A stretch of 64,000 nt of DNA from Desulfosudaceae bacterium (lineage in GTDB: Bacteria > Desulfobacterota > Desulfobacteria > Desulfobacterales > Desulfosudaceae). Below are positions 9,724 to 20,400 of the stretch, piece after piece. Both the position numbers and the translations under genes were made by a program. Position 1 is the stretch's first letter. Each line of letters opens with the position of its first letter. The notes under the pieces are model-generated. The model searched no databases. It was not told where the DNA came from and was given only the letters and a program-made list of their open reading frames with translations. The stretch lies in assembly GCA_963674745.2 (NCBI GenBank), contig CAXXDV010000003.1, forward strand, positions 192,001 through 256,000, in the 5' to 3' direction.

Positions 9724-10473
9724 TTATTTCAATTGCCGTCTGTCGCGGCGGGAGGAAAAATCGGTCAGCGGCCGAAGCGGTGCTTTTTGATTTTTCTGTT
9801 TTTCTTCTTTTTCATCTTTCATTTGCATGGCGGACATGAGGACATTCATAAGCGGCTGCTTGATGACATTTTCCCGCTTACGGCAGATGCCCTCAACCTC
9901 AATGATGATCTTGTCCCAGGTCAGCAGTTCCTGGGCGGCTTTCATGCCGGTCAATCTTTCGGAGGCAGCGTTGATCAGTGCGCCTTCCCGAAAATACATG
10001 TTGCCGGTTTTTTCGCCGGATCTAACCTTGATGGTGGCGGTTTTTTTTTCCATTTCCATCAACTGCAGAAAGGAGGAAAGACTGATCCCCGAGATTTGTC
10101 CTTCGGCGCCCGCGTTTAACTGTTCGAAAACAGCATCGGTCAGAATGTCCATGTTAAGAGGCTTTTCAAAATATTTGAAGGCGCCCATTTCCATCACCTT
10201 GTCCTCGATTTCCTTGGTGCCGAAAGCGGTCATGATGAACACCGGTGTGCCGGGGTAATTTTTATTGATGTATTCCAGAAGCTGGATGCCGTCCATAATC
10301 GGCATTTCCAGGTCACTGATGATAAGGTCGATGGTGTTATCCGTCATCAGGTAGGCGGCTTCTTCGCCGTTTTGAGCGGTCAGAATTTCAAAGTCCTTGG
10401 CGTAAGGTTTCATTACCCTTGATAACAATCCGCGGGAAACCGCGTCGTCATCAACGATGAGAACTTTTTTCAC
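9724..10473 (-). CDS. Response regulator: receiver domain plus DUF4388-like C-terminal domain
   Basis: VLIVDDD...SDLEMP...MTAFG...EKP receiver; GISLSSFLQLMEMEKKT...G.MYFREG.LINA pattern. Confidence 0.85.
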   Translation of the reverse strand: MKKVLIVDDDAVSRGLLSRVMKPYAKDFEILTAQNGEEAAYLMTDNTIDLIISDLEMPIMDGIQLLEYINKNYPGTPVFIMTAFGTKEIEDKVMEMGAFKYFEKPLNMDILTDAVFEQLNAGAEGQISGISLSSFLQLMEMEKKTATIKVRSGEKTGNMYFREGALINAASERLTGMKAAQELLTWDKIIIEVEGICRKRENVIKQPLMNVLMSAMQMKDEKEEKQKNQKAPLRPLTDFSSRRDRRQLK

Positions 10474-10529
10474 CTGTTGAAATACCTTATTTTATGGGCG
10501 TGAACAGTTAATTCGGGTACGTTTTTCTA

Positions 10530-10558
10530 TATATAATGAATATCGGCGAAAGTGTCAA
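10530..10558 (-). promoter_or_regulatory. Candidate sigma70 promoter of the response regulator gene
   Basis: Minus strand TTGACA-N17-TATATA, about 55 nt upstream of the start. Confidence 0.55.
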
Positions 10559-10686
10559 GAGACAATCGTTAAGAATATAAGGAGTTATGTTGAATTTATG
10601 CGTCTGTATTGGAAAAAAAACTGTACAATGATTTATCAGGTATGATAGTTTTCTAAATATCCTAAATATAATATGAACAGGTAATT

Positions 10687-11442
10687 ATGAAACAAATCGT
10701 CAGTGTCGTGACACCATGGCTGGGTGCCGGTAAAACCGGGTTGGCGGTAAATATCGCCGCCTGTCTGGCGCTTTTTGAAAAAAAGACGCTTCTGGTGGAT
10801 GGTGACCCGTGCGGAGATGGCACCGCCTGTCTTCTGCCGGGGGATGATGGCCGTCCCGGACTTTACACTTTTCTGAAGGACGGTGATGCCGGTGCGGGTG
10901 TGGTGACCGATACGGCGCTTGATTTTTTGAAAGTTGTTCCCGCCGGTCCCAATCTGTTCCGGGCAGAACAGGAACTGTTCGCGTTTCCGGACAAGGAGGA
11001 GCTGGTAAAGCAGAGGATAAAAGCTTTGGCCGGAGAGTTTGATTATATTCTTATTGATTCCCCCTCTTCGCTCGGGCCATTGACGGTATGTCTGATGGCT
11101 GCTTCAGAAGCGGTGCTCATTCCGCTGCCCTGCAGGGCGGATGCGCCGGCCACGCTGGAAACCCTGTTGCCGGTCGTCGCCGGTGTCAAACGTCAACGGC
11201 GCCCGGATTTAACCATTGCGGGAATTGTCCTTACCCATTGTGATGGCTGGGAAGAGGCACGGACGATTTTTCCGGAAGACCTTTTGGCCGGCATTGAAAC
11301 GGTTGCATTGAAAAACGTTGTTCCAAAGACCGGGTCTTCTGCCGACGGCTTGCCCCATCAGCGGCCGGCAGTTCTGAAAGATGTCATGTCGGCCGCATCG
11401 GAAAGCTACCTGAGTCTGGCTGCAGAGCTTTTGGGGCACTGA
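10687..11442 (+). CDS. ParA/Soj-family ATPase with a deviant Walker A
   Basis: GAGKT..AVNIAACLA, LLVDGDP, FDYILIDSPSSLGPLT; the family KGG signature is replaced by WLG. Confidence 0.75.
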   Translation: MKQIVSVVTPWLGAGKTGLAVNIAACLALFEKKTLLVDGDPCGDGTACLLPGDDGRPGLYTFLKDGDAGAGVVTDTALDFLKVVPAGPNLFRAEQELFAFPDKEELVKQRIKALAGEFDYILIDSPSSLGPLTVCLMAASEAVLIPLPCRADAPATLETLLPVVAGVKRQRRPDLTIAGIVLTHCDGWEEARTIFPEDLLAGIETVALKNVVPKTGSSADGLPHQRPAVLKDVMSAASESYLSLAAELLGH

Positions 11443-11531
11443 AGCCGGTACGACACAGGGACCCACCCGGACAATTCAGCCGGTCGGTCCGGGATGTTCG
11501 TTGTGATCAAAAGAAAAGGGAGGAATAGCCG

Positions 11532-12134
11532 GTGAAGTTAACCAACGCTGATTTGATCAGGAATCGGGAAAAAGAGTTGCTGGTGACCATTTCCGGCGAT
11601 CTGGACCGGAAGGGTATTAAGCAACTGCTTGAAGCCAAGTACCAGCTTGAACTGGACGCTGAAAGCCTGGAATGCCGGGACGGGGATCTGGTCGTACACG
11701 ATAATCAGGTGGCTTACAAAGTTAAATTTCAGGCGATGGTCAGCCTGGCATTGTTGTTTGACCGTGAGGGTGAATGCCTTGAAACCGACCTTTTTACAGC
11801 GGTGACGGAATCGGCCGGGCAGAGGACTTCTGTATCCACCGGGAGAGAAACAGATAAAGCGGGTTCGGATAGTGGCTCATACAGCTATACCTCATCGGGG
11901 CAGGCCTCCGATGAAGATCTTTTTGCCGGTGATGATGTTTCACCGGGGCTGGATATGAACGCGGATGCCCCTGACAGCGGCGCTTATGCCGCGGTGACTG
12001 CTGAACCAGCGGGTGATGAGGCCGCTGCCAAAGAGACGGCGGAAGAAAAGTCCGTAGCAGGGGATGATGCCCCGCCGACGGCACGCATGGCCTCGTCGAT
12101 TGCAGAGATGATTTCTGAAATTAACAAAACATGA
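11532..12134 (+). CDS. Hypothetical protein with an acidic, probably disordered C-terminal half
   Basis: 200-aa ORF with RBS GGGAGG; no family recognised. Confidence 0.7.
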   Translation: MKLTNADLIRNREKELLVTISGDLDRKGIKQLLEAKYQLELDAESLECRDGDLVVHDNQVAYKVKFQAMVSLALLFDREGECLETDLFTAVTESAGQRTSVSTGRETDKAGSDSGSYSYTSSGQASDEDLFAGDDVSPGLDMNADAPDSGAYAAVTAEPAGDEAAAKETAEEKSVAGDDAPPTARMASSIAEMISEINKT

Positions 12135-12183
12135 CGGTTTGGTAAAAAGTCCAATTTGATTCTGAACTTTTTACAGGGCCGTT
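12133..12183 (+). repeat. Short degenerate copy of the GA(T/C)GG..GTAAAAAGT palindromic element
   Basis: GACGGTTTGGTAAAAAGTCC ... GAACTTTTTACAGGGCCGTT; ends resemble the elements at 60200 and 63596. Confidence 0.5.
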
Positions 12184-12247
12184 CAAAAATTTGTTTTTTT
12201 ACGGGGCATCAGAATCTGGTGCCCGTATAATTTAGGAGAAGCGCTTA

Positions 12248-13630
12248 ATGAGCCGTGAATTTGAGAAGTGTATTCTCTGTATCGGCGCCGGTTATGTCGG
12301 AGGCCCCACCATGGCGGTGATCGCCTCCAAGTGTCCGCACTATAAGATCATTGTGGTCGATATTGATGATGAGAAGATCGCTGCCTGGAATTCCGATCGT
12401 TTGCCGGTTTATGAACCGGGCCTGTTTGAAATTGTTTCCGCCACCCGGGACCGGAATCTTTTTTTTTCAACGGATGTGAGATCGGCTGTGGCCGAAGCGG
12501 AGATTATTTTTGTCAGTGTCAATACGCCAACCAAGGTCTCCGGCGTCGGTGCGGGCATGGCCGCTGATCTGCGGTTCTGGGAAAATATCGCCCGCGAGTT
12601 GCGACAATGGTCGGAAACACCCAAGATTGTAGTGGAAAAAAGCACGGTCCCGGTCAGAACCGCCGAAGCCATGGAACGGATTCTATCCGTCAACGACGGG
12701 CGGCAGCGGTTTGAGGTATTGTCCAACCCCGAATTCCTGGCCGAAGGAACGGCCATCAGAGACCTGGAAAATCCGGATCGGGTCCTGATCGGTTCCCGCG
12801 AGACCGAAAGCGGACGACGGGCCAGGGATGTGCTGGTCGAGGTTTATGCCAACTGGGTAAGCCGGGAACGTATCCTGACGTCCAATATCTGGAGCAGTGA
12901 ACTGGCCAAGCTGGCCTCAAACGCCTTTCTGGCCCAGCGGGTCTCCTCCATCAACACCATTGCCAATATCTGCGAAAACACCGGTGCCGACGTAACCGAA
13001 GTGTCCCGGGCGGTGGGAATGGATGAGCGCATTGGCAGTCGTTTTCTGAAGGCCGGGCTGGGGTTCGGCGGGTCATGCTTCAAAAAAGACATTCTGAGCC
13101 TGGTATATCTGTGCCGGGAATTCGGCGCCGACAGTGAGGCCGACTACTGGGAAAGCGTGGTCTGTATCAACGAACGCCAGAAAGAGCGGTTTGTGCAGCG
13201 GATGGTCAGGGCCATGTTCGGCACCCTGGCGGAAAAAAAGATCGGGATTTTCGGGTTTGCCTTTAAACCGGACACGGGTGATATCCGGGAGGCGCCGGCC
13301 ATAGACGTGGTCAGGCGTCTGCTGGACGAAGGCGCCCGCCCGGTCATTACCGATCCACGGGCCCTGGATAATGCCAGAAAGACATTCGGTGAGTACCTTG
13401 ACCGGATATCCTATGATGAAGACCCTTACCGGGCCGCCGAAGGCTGTCACGCCATTGCCGTGATGACCGAGTGGGATATATATAAAAACCTGGATTATGA
13501 GAAGATCTACAGCGTAATGGAGAAGCCCGCCTTCTTTTTTGACGGTCGAAATGTGATTGACTATCGCAAGTTGTATGAAATCGGGTTTAACGTTTATACC
13601 GCCGGCAGACCGCCGCTGGTTCATTTTTGA
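12248..13630 (+). CDS. ugd: UDP-glucose 6-dehydrogenase
   Basis: [32 protein letters not shown], catalytic [21 protein letters not shown]. Confidence 0.95.
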   Translation: MSREFEKCILCIGAGYVGGPTMAVIASKCPHYKIIVVDIDDEKIAAWNSDRLPVYEPGLFEIVSATRDRNLFFSTDVRSAVAEAEIIFVSVNTPTKVSGVGAGMAADLRFWENIARELRQWSETPKIVVEKSTVPVRTAEAMERILSVNDGRQRFEVLSNPEFLAEGTAIRDLENPDRVLIGSRETESGRRARDVLVEVYANWVSRERILTSNIWSSELAKLASNAFLAQRVSSINTIANICENTGADVTEVSRAVGMDERIGSRFLKAGLGFGGSCFKKDILSLVYLCREFGADSEADYWESVVCINERQKERFVQRMVRAMFGTLAEKKIGIFGFAFKPDTGDIREAPAIDVVRRLLDEGARPVITDPRALDNARKTFGEYLDRISYDEDPYRAAEGCHAIAVMTEWDIYKNLDYEKIYSVMEKPAFFFDGRNVIDYRKLYEIGFNVYTAGRPPLVHF

Positions 13631-14592
13631 TGGATATATTGATGAGCATGTACGATAAAAAAAGGGTGTTGGTAACCGGCGGTGCCGGCTTTATCGGATC
13701 CCATCTGTGTGAGTGCCTGTTGGCGGATGGTAAAGAGGTTATCTGCCTGGATAATTTTTTTACCGGCAGGAGGCGGAATATCGCTCACCTGCTGGACAAC
13801 CCGGATTTTGAATTGATCCGCCATGATCTGGTGAACCCGCTGCTGGTTGAAGTTGATCGAATCTACAACCTGGCCTGTCCGGCCTCGCCCGTGCACTACC
13901 AGTACAATCCGGTTAAAACCATCAAAACGAGTGTTATGGGCGCCATTCACATGCTGGGCCTGGCCAAACGGGTGCGGGCCCGGATACTGCAGGCCTCCAC
14001 CAGTGAAGTCTACGGTGACCCGGAAATTCATCCCCAAACTGAAGACTACCGGGGTTGTGTTAACCCCATTGGGTCGAGGGCCTGTTATGACGAGGGGAAG
14101 CGGTGCGCGGAAGCGCTTTTTTTTGATTATCATCGTCAGAACGGTGTTGATATCCGGGTTGTTCGCATTTTTAACACCTATGGACCGCGGATGCATCCGG
14201 ATGACGGCCGGGTGGTCAGTAACTTTATCATGGCCGCTTTAACCGGCCGGGACATCACTGTTTACGGGGATGGCTCTCAAACCCGGTCTTTCTGTTTTGT
14301 GGATGACCTGGTCGAGGGAATGATGCGTATGATGGCCCTTGATGACTTCACCGGCCCGGTCAACCTGGGGAATCCCTTGGAAATGACGGTCGCCTCCCTG
14401 GCTGAAACCATTATCGACATCACCGGATCTTCTTCATCGATTGTCCATAAACCCCTGCCCGCGGATGATCCGCAAAGACGGCGGCCGGACATCAGTCTGG
14501 CCCGGCAGAAACTGGACTGGCAGCCTAAGGTGGCGTTGCGGGAAGGGCTGGGAAAGACCATTGCTTACTTTGAAACCGTCTTGTCGTCATAA
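13627..14592 (+). CDS. uxs: UDP-glucuronate decarboxylase (UDP-xylose synthase)
   Basis: [68 protein letters not shown]. The true start may be one of the next ATGs. Confidence 0.92.
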   Translation: MMDILMSMYDKKRVLVTGGAGFIGSHLCECLLADGKEVICLDNFFTGRRRNIAHLLDNPDFELIRHDLVNPLLVEVDRIYNLACPASPVHYQYNPVKTIKTSVMGAIHMLGLAKRVRARILQASTSEVYGDPEIHPQTEDYRGCVNPIGSRACYDEGKRCAEALFFDYHRQNGVDIRVVRIFNTYGPRMHPDDGRVVSNFIMAALTGRDITVYGDGSQTRSFCFVDDLVEGMMRMMALDDFTGPVNLGNPLEMTVASLAETIIDITGSSSSIVHKPLPADDPQRRRPDISLARQKLDWQPKVALREGLGKTIAYFETVLSS

Positions 14593-14650
14593 TATTTATT
14601 AGGCCTTTATAAAATAAGGCTTTTCTCCAATTTAGCGGGCAGGACACACA

Positions 14651-14677
14651 GGGGTCAAGGGGTCGAGGGGTCAAGTG
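14651..14677 (+). repeat. 8-nt periodic repeat (GGGGTC[A/G]A)n upstream of gmd
   Basis: GGGGTCAA GGGGTCGA GGGGTCAA GTG; inverted counterpart at 15891-15920. Confidence 0.7.
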
Positions 14678-14714
14678 ATCGGGGATGAACTGAAAATAAT
14701 TTAAAGGGATTTTC

Positions 14715-15878
14715 ATGAGTCGAAGAAAAGCGCTGATAACGGGTATTACAGGCCAGGACGGTGCCTATCTGGCCGAGTTCCTTCTGGATAAAGGCTACGA
14801 AGTGCACGGTATCAAACGCCGGGCCTCTCTGCTGAATACCACCCGGGTCGATCACCTTTATCACGATCCGCATGAGAAAGATGTCTATTTTTTCATGCAC
14901 TATGGAGATCTGACCGATGCCACCAACCTGATCCGGATCATCCAGGATGTGCAACCGGACGAGATATACAATCTTGCCGCCCAAAGTCATGTCAAGGTGT
15001 CGTTCGAATCCCCCGAATATACGGCCGACGTTGATGCCCTGGGCACATTGCGGCTGTTGGAAGCGGCCCGGATCCTTGGTGTCGAAAAAGAGATCCGTTT
15101 TTACCAGGCCTCGACTTCGGAGCTTTATGGAAAAGTGCAGCAGACCCCTCAGAATGAGCAGACACCTTTTTATCCGCGCTCACCGTACGGCTGTGCCAAG
15201 CTATACGCTTACTGGTGTACGGTGAATTACCGGGAGGCCTACGGCATGTTCGCCTGCAACGGGATCCTGTTCAATCATGAATCTCCTATCCGGGGCGAAA
15301 CGTTTGTTACCCGGAAGATCACCCGGGCCGCCGCGCGCATCTCCGCCGGCATTCAGGACCGCCTTTATCTCGGCAATATGGACTCGCTTCGGGACTGGGG
15401 ACATGCCAGAGACTACGTTCGGGCGCAATGGCTGATGCTTCAGCAGGATAAGCCGGATGATTTCGTTGTCGCCACCGGTGAGCAGCGTTCGGTGAGGGAG
15501 TTTTGTGAAATCGCCTTTGCCCGTGCCGGGATCCGGCTGGCCTGGCGGGGGAGCGGTATTGATGAGCAGGGCGTTGTCGACGGCCTTCTGCCGGACGCGG
15601 CGCTGGTTGAAAAATATGATATCGCCGGTGCACTGAAACGGTTCTCTCCGGGAGACGTGGTCGTTTTAGTCGATCCGTCTTATTTCCGGCCGGCTGACGT
15701 GGTTTCACTTGTCGGGGATGCTTCAAAAGCCCGGCGGGAACTGGATTGGATACCCGAGATATCCTTTGAGGCCATGGTTAACGAAATGGTGGAATGGGAT
15801 TTCAGAGATACCTGCCGGGACGCGGTATGCCGGGATAACGGTTATCCCCTGACGGGCAGTTTTGAACAACATATGTGA
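14715..15878 (+). CDS. gmd: GDP-mannose 4,6-dehydratase
   Basis: [57 protein letters not shown]. Confidence 0.97.
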   Translation: MSRRKALITGITGQDGAYLAEFLLDKGYEVHGIKRRASLLNTTRVDHLYHDPHEKDVYFFMHYGDLTDATNLIRIIQDVQPDEIYNLAAQSHVKVSFESPEYTADVDALGTLRLLEAARILGVEKEIRFYQASTSELYGKVQQTPQNEQTPFYPRSPYGCAKLYAYWCTVNYREAYGMFACNGILFNHESPIRGETFVTRKITRAAARISAGIQDRLYLGNMDSLRDWGHARDYVRAQWLMLQQDKPDDFVVATGEQRSVREFCEIAFARAGIRLAWRGSGIDEQGVVDGLLPDAALVEKYDIAGALKRFSPGDVVVLVDPSYFRPADVVSLVGDASKARRELDWIPEISFEAMVNEMVEWDFRDTCRDAVCRDNGYPLTGSFEQHM

Positions 15879-15890
15879 TGTAATTCCAGC

Positions 15891-15920
15891 CACCCCTTGA
15901 CCCCTCGAATCCTTGGCCCC
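15891..15920 (-). repeat. 8-nt periodic repeat, inverted relative to 14651-14677
   Basis: Reverse complement reads GGGGCCAA GGATTCGA GGGGTCAA GGGGTG. Confidence 0.65.
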
Positions 15921-16003
15921 TTCCAAGGCCTTTGATTGAACTGAATAAGGATACAATCCGTTTACTACAACTAATCGGGAGATGAACCATCACTACTAGG
16001 CGT

Positions 16004-16966
16004 ATGGATAAGAATGCGGTTATATACATTGCCGGACATCGCGGACTGGCCGGTTCGGCGATAACCAGAAAATTTCAGTCCCGGGGGTTCCGGAATCTGA
16101 TTACCCGGAGTCATAAGGAACTGGATCTCACCCGGCAGCCGGATACCGAGGCCTTTTTCAAAGACGTCCGTCCTGAATACGTTGTCATGGCCGCGGCCAG
16201 GGTGGGTGGTATCATGGCCAACCATACCTTTCCGGCGGAATTCATTTATGCCAATCTGGCCATCCAGACCAATATGATTCATGCGGCTTACAAGAGTGGT
16301 GTCAAACGGCTCATCTTTCTTGGCTCCTCGTGCATTTATCCGCGGGACTGCCCCCAGCCTATGAAAGAAGAACATTTGCTGACAGGCCCCCTTGAGGCGA
16401 CCAACGAACCGTATGCCGTGGCCAAAATTGCCGGCATTAAAATGTGTCAGGCCTATAACCGCCAGTATGGAACGCAATATATAGCGGTCATGCCGACCAA
16501 TCTCTACGGACCGAATGACAATTTCGATCTTGAGACCAGTCACGCCTTGCCTGCCCTGATCCGTAAATTTCATGAGGCCGTGGTATCCGGCAACCGTGAG
16601 GTCAAGGTGTGGGGGACCGGGAAACCCCGGCGTGAATTTCTGCACGCCGACGACCTGGCGGATGCCTGTTTTTTCCTGTTGAATTTGCCGGATCAACAAT
16701 ACGCGCCTCTGGTAGCCGCCGAAAGAACGCCCTTGATCAATATCGGCGCCGGCAAGGATATCACCATTCATGAGCTGGCGCTGCTGATCAAGCAGATTAC
16801 CGGGTTTGAAGGAGAAGTCGTCTTTGATCCGTCTAAACCCGATGGTACTTTTCAGAAACTCCTCGATCCTTCGAAGATGACGTCTCTGGGTTGGCAGGCT
16901 TCCATTTCTTTAAGAGACGGCATCACCGGTACTTATCAATGGTGTCTGGATAAAGCGGCCTTCTGA
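16004..16966 (+). CDS. fcl: GDP-L-fucose synthase
   Basis: AGHRGLAGSA, AARVGGI.AN, LGSSCIYP, NEPYAVAK, MPTNLYGPNDNF, WGTG.PRREF. Confidence 0.96.
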   Translation: MDKNAVIYIAGHRGLAGSAITRKFQSRGFRNLITRSHKELDLTRQPDTEAFFKDVRPEYVVMAAARVGGIMANHTFPAEFIYANLAIQTNMIHAAYKSGVKRLIFLGSSCIYPRDCPQPMKEEHLLTGPLEATNEPYAVAKIAGIKMCQAYNRQYGTQYIAVMPTNLYGPNDNFDLETSHALPALIRKFHEAVVSGNREVKVWGTGKPRREFLHADDLADACFFLLNLPDQQYAPLVAAERTPLINIGAGKDITIHELALLIKQITGFEGEVVFDPSKPDGTFQKLLDPSKMTSLGWQASISLRDGITGTYQWCLDKAAF

Positions 16967-17014
16967 CACCGGATTTTCGTATTTATTCCATAAATAGGTT
17001 GTTTTTTCTGTTTT

Positions 17015-17031
17015 CTGGCATATCTTATGCA
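17015..17031 (+). promoter_or_regulatory. Candidate sigma54 (-24/-12) promoter of the T2SS cluster
   Basis: CTGGCATATCTTATGCA: GG (17017-18), N10, GC (17029-30); in the AT-rich intergenic region upstream of gspE. Confidence 0.65.
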
Positions 17032-17198
17032 TTGATTTTATCCATTAAATGGGTTGTCATCTTATTTTTTATGACAAAAAAACGATAAATGTTATAACGA
17101 TGAGAAGTATCCGGCAGGTTTGATTTCCCGGGGGTGGTAAATCGGCCGATGATGCCTTCCGGATAGTGATGCCAGGCCAATGATCAAGATGTTGAATT

Positions 17199-18734
17199 AT
17201 GTTTCAAGAAGGTGAAATGACTACTCTATCTTATAAGGATTATCCGGAGAAACCGGTCGTTATCGACAGCCTTTCGGTTGTGTTCATGAAGCAGTCAAGA
17301 TTCGTTCCATTGAACCTGGATGGTGACTTAATGAAAATCGCCATGGCCGATCCCGAAGACTTTTACACCATAGACACCCTTAAGCTGGCCTGTAACCTGG
17401 CCGTCGAGGTATACCGGGGCAACGAGGAAGATATCCTGGCGGCCATCGAGCGGTTATATGGTTCCGGAAGTCAGTCCATGGAGACGATTATTGAAGAAGC
17501 GGATAAAGATACCGACGATGTTTCGTCCGAGGGCGTCATTGATGCCGATCATCTTAGGGATATCGCTTCAGAAGCGCCGATCATCAGGCTGGTGAACCGG
17601 CTTATTTTAAATGCCGTGGAAGAAGGCGCCAGTGATATCCATTTCGAGCCCTTTGAAAACGAGTTCAAGGTCAGATACCGTATTGACGGTGTCCTGCACA
17701 ACGCCGAATCGCCGCCCAATCGATTGAAGGATGCCATTATTTCCAGGGTCAAAATCATGGCCAAAATGGATATTGCTGAAAGACGCCTTCCCCGGGACGG
17801 CAGGATCAAGCTCAAAGTGCTTGACAGGGAGATTGATTTTCGTGTTTCCACATTGCCGACCGTGTTCGGCGAAAGCCTGGTCATGCGGGTACTGGATCGG
17901 GAGGCACTGATTCTTGATCTTGAAAAACTGGGCCTGCCCGACGCGCTTCTCCCGGATTATATTGATTTAATCAAAAAACCTTACGGCATGATCCTGGTCA
18001 CCGGTCCCACCGGAAGCGGTAAAACCACCACCCTGTACACCACCCTGGCCAAGATCAATGCCCCGGAAAACAAGATTATTACCCTAGAAGAGCCCGTGGA
18101 ATATCAGCTGCGGGGCATTAACCAGATCCAGGTCAACACGAAAATCGGCATGACCTTTGCCAGTGGTCTGCGTTCCATCGTTCGACAGGACCCGGATATC
18201 ATTCTGGTCGGTGAAATAAGGGACAGGGAAACCGCGGAAACCGCTATCCAATCCGCCCTTACGGGCCACCTGCTGTTCAGCACCCTGCATACGAATGACG
18301 CGGCCGGCGCCATTTCCCGGCTGCTGGATATCGGTGTGGAAAATTTTCTGCTGAGCTCGACGCTGCTGGGTATTCTGGCCCAGCGGCTGGTCCGGGTAAT
18401 CTGCCCCAATTGCAGGCAGCAGGTAGTGCCGGAAGAAAAGTTGGTAAAAGCCATGAACCTGAGTCCGCGAGAGGTCCGGGAGGTGGAATTTTTTGCCGGG
18501 CGGGGATGTGATGCCTGCAACCATACCGGATTTAAAGGGCGGATCGGCATTTTTGAATATATCCCGGTTGATGAAGATATCAGAAGAGAAATTACGGCCA
18601 AGTCCGGCACCGAGCGGGTGAAGGCGGTGGCCAAAGAAAAAGGGCTGCTGACATTGCGGCAGGACGGCTGGAACAAGGTCAAACAGGGCATCACCACCAT
18701 TTCCGAAGTGTTGCGGGTAACGCTGGAGCAATAA
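17199..18734 (+). CDS. gspE: Type II secretion ATPase
   Basis: ASDIHFEP, DIAERRLP.DGRI, GPTGSGKTTT, EEPVEY, RQDPDIILVGEIRD, TGHL..STLHTND, CPNC...CDAC zinc motif. Confidence 0.93.
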   Translation: MFQEGEMTTLSYKDYPEKPVVIDSLSVVFMKQSRFVPLNLDGDLMKIAMADPEDFYTIDTLKLACNLAVEVYRGNEEDILAAIERLYGSGSQSMETIIEEADKDTDDVSSEGVIDADHLRDIASEAPIIRLVNRLILNAVEEGASDIHFEPFENEFKVRYRIDGVLHNAESPPNRLKDAIISRVKIMAKMDIAERRLPRDGRIKLKVLDREIDFRVSTLPTVFGESLVMRVLDREALILDLEKLGLPDALLPDYIDLIKKPYGMILVTGPTGSGKTTTLYTTLAKINAPENKIITLEEPVEYQLRGINQIQVNTKIGMTFASGLRSIVRQDPDIILVGEIRDRETAETAIQSALTGHLLFSTLHTNDAAGAISRLLDIGVENFLLSSTLLGILAQRLVRVICPNCRQQVVPEEKLVKAMNLSPREVREVEFFAGRGCDACNHTGFKGRIGIFEYIPVDEDIRREITAKSGTERVKAVAKEKGLLTLRQDGWNKVKQGITTISEVLRVTLEQ

Positions 18735-19964
18735 ATGTCCATTTATTCATATAAAGCAACGGATTCTGACGGCAGACTGGTTACCGGGACCCTGGAAGCG
18801 GCTGAAGAAAAGGATGCCGTAGCCGTGCTCAGGGATATGCGGTATATCCCCATCAGGATCACTCCTGTCAAAAGGAGTCCCCTGGGTCTGGATGCCGGCC
18901 TGTCAACGGGTATGAAAGCGGTTTTCAACCGGGTTTCTTCCAGGGATGTAGTGGCTTTCACCCAGGACCTGTCCACGCTGCTTGAAGCCGGCGTGCCCCT
19001 TGACCGGTCACTGTCTATTCTGATCGATGTGGCGGGCCGGGAAAAGTTTAAAAACATTCTCAGGGATGTGTTGAAAAGTATTCAGGGCGGAAGTTATCTG
19101 TCCAACGCGCTGGAAAAATACCCGCGGGTGTTTTCTTCTTTTTATGTCAGCATGGTCAAGGCCGGAGAAGCCGGCGGCGTTCTGGATGAGGTGCTCAAGC
19201 GACTCGGCAGTTTCCTCGAGAGCTCCCAGGAGTTTAAGGATTATATCAAGTCGGCCATGATTTACCCGGTATTTCTGGTGCTGGTCGGCGGTTTATCCAT
19301 TATTATCCTGCTGACTTTCGTGATGCCCAGGTTTTCCGTCATTTTTGCCGATATGGGGCAAACCATACCGCTGTCCACCCGAATGCTGCTGGTGCTGGGA
19401 ACGGTATTGAAGTCATATTGGCCGTTCATCCTGGGCGGTCTGGTGGCCGTATGTTTTTTGATCACGCGTTATCTGAAAACACCGGCCGGCAGTTTATGGC
19501 TGGACCGTTTCAAACTCAAATCGGCGCTCGTCGGTGAACTGGTCGGGAAAATCGAGGTGGCCCGGTTCGCCAGGACGCTGGGAACGCTGGAGCAAAGCGG
19601 GGTGCCTATTCTTCAGGCCCTGAACCTGGTGACGGGTATTGTCGGTAACCAGTTGATTTCCAGGCGCCTGGAAAGTGTTTACAACCAGGTCAAGAAAGGT
19701 GAAAAGCTGTCCCGCTCGTTGAGCGAAATCGATGTATTCCCGCCGCTGGCCATCCAGATGATCATTGTCGGCGAGGAAACCGGCCGGATGGGTGAAATGC
19801 TTCTCCGCCTGGCGGAAAATTACGAAAAATCATCACGGAACGCCATCAGTCGGATGATCAGTTTTCTGGAACCGGCCATGATTCTGGGGATGGGGATAAT
19901 CGTAGGGTTTGTCGTTATTTCGATGATGACAGCCATGTTCAGTGTTTATGAAATGCCTTTTTAA
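18735..19964 (+). CDS. gspF: Type II secretion inner-membrane platform protein
   Basis: FT..LSTLL.AGVPL, GEAGG.L, SAMIYP, GEETG, LEP motifs; three hydrophobic segments. Confidence 0.93.
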   Translation: MSIYSYKATDSDGRLVTGTLEAAEEKDAVAVLRDMRYIPIRITPVKRSPLGLDAGLSTGMKAVFNRVSSRDVVAFTQDLSTLLEAGVPLDRSLSILIDVAGREKFKNILRDVLKSIQGGSYLSNALEKYPRVFSSFYVSMVKAGEAGGVLDEVLKRLGSFLESSQEFKDYIKSAMIYPVFLVLVGGLSIIILLTFVMPRFSVIFADMGQTIPLSTRMLLVLGTVLKSYWPFILGGLVAVCFLITRYLKTPAGSLWLDRFKLKSALVGELVGKIEVARFARTLGTLEQSGVPILQALNLVTGIVGNQLISRRLESVYNQVKKGEKLSRSLSEIDVFPPLAIQMIIVGEETGRMGEMLLRLAENYEKSSRNAISRMISFLEPAMILGMGIIVGFVVISMMTAMFSVYEMPF

Positions 19965-19977
19965 GAGGATGTGCTGT

Positions 19978-20400
19978 ATGAAAAGTTTTAAAAACAGTCA
20001 GGGGTTTTCCCTTATGGAGCTTTTGATTGCCATGGTTATTCTGGCCCTGTTGGCCAGCCTGGTCGGTCCCAAGTTGTTTAAGAACATCGGCAAGTCTGAA
20101 CGTAAAACAGCCAAGGCCCAGATATCGCTTTTTGAAACCGGGATCGGCCTCTACCGGCTGGATGTGGGAAAATTCCCGACCATGGAACAGGGGCTTCAGG
20201 CACTCAGGGAAAAGCCCAACGGGGTGGAAAACTGGGACGGCCCTTATCTTGAGAAAGAGTTGCCGCTGGACCCCTGGGGACACCCTTATGTCTATCAATA
20301 TCCCGGGCAACATGGTGATTATGATATTGTTTCGCTGGGCGCGGACGGCAGTCCCGGCGGAGAAGATGAGAATAAAGACATTGCCAGCTGGACGAACTAA
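19978..20400 (+). CDS. gspG: Major pseudopilin
   Basis: G|FSLMELL prepilin site; YRLDVG.FPT.EQGL.AL, W.GPYL, DPWG.PY.Y..PG, SLGADG; RBS AGAGGA before ATG 19978. Confidence 0.95.
   Translation: MKSFKNSQGFSLMELLIAMVILALLASLVGPKLFKNIGKSERKTAKAQISLFETGIGLYRLDVGKFPTMEQGLQALREKPNGVENWDGPYLEKELPLDPWGHPYVYQYPGQHGDYDIVSLGADGSPGGEDENKDIASWTN

Noticed and set aside
17100..17170. Possible riboswitch in the gspE leader (TATCCGG...CCGGATA hairpin); also hairpins at 63844-63897
   Set aside because: I could not match them to c-di-GMP or other riboswitch consensus by eye; an Rfam covariance search would be needed.
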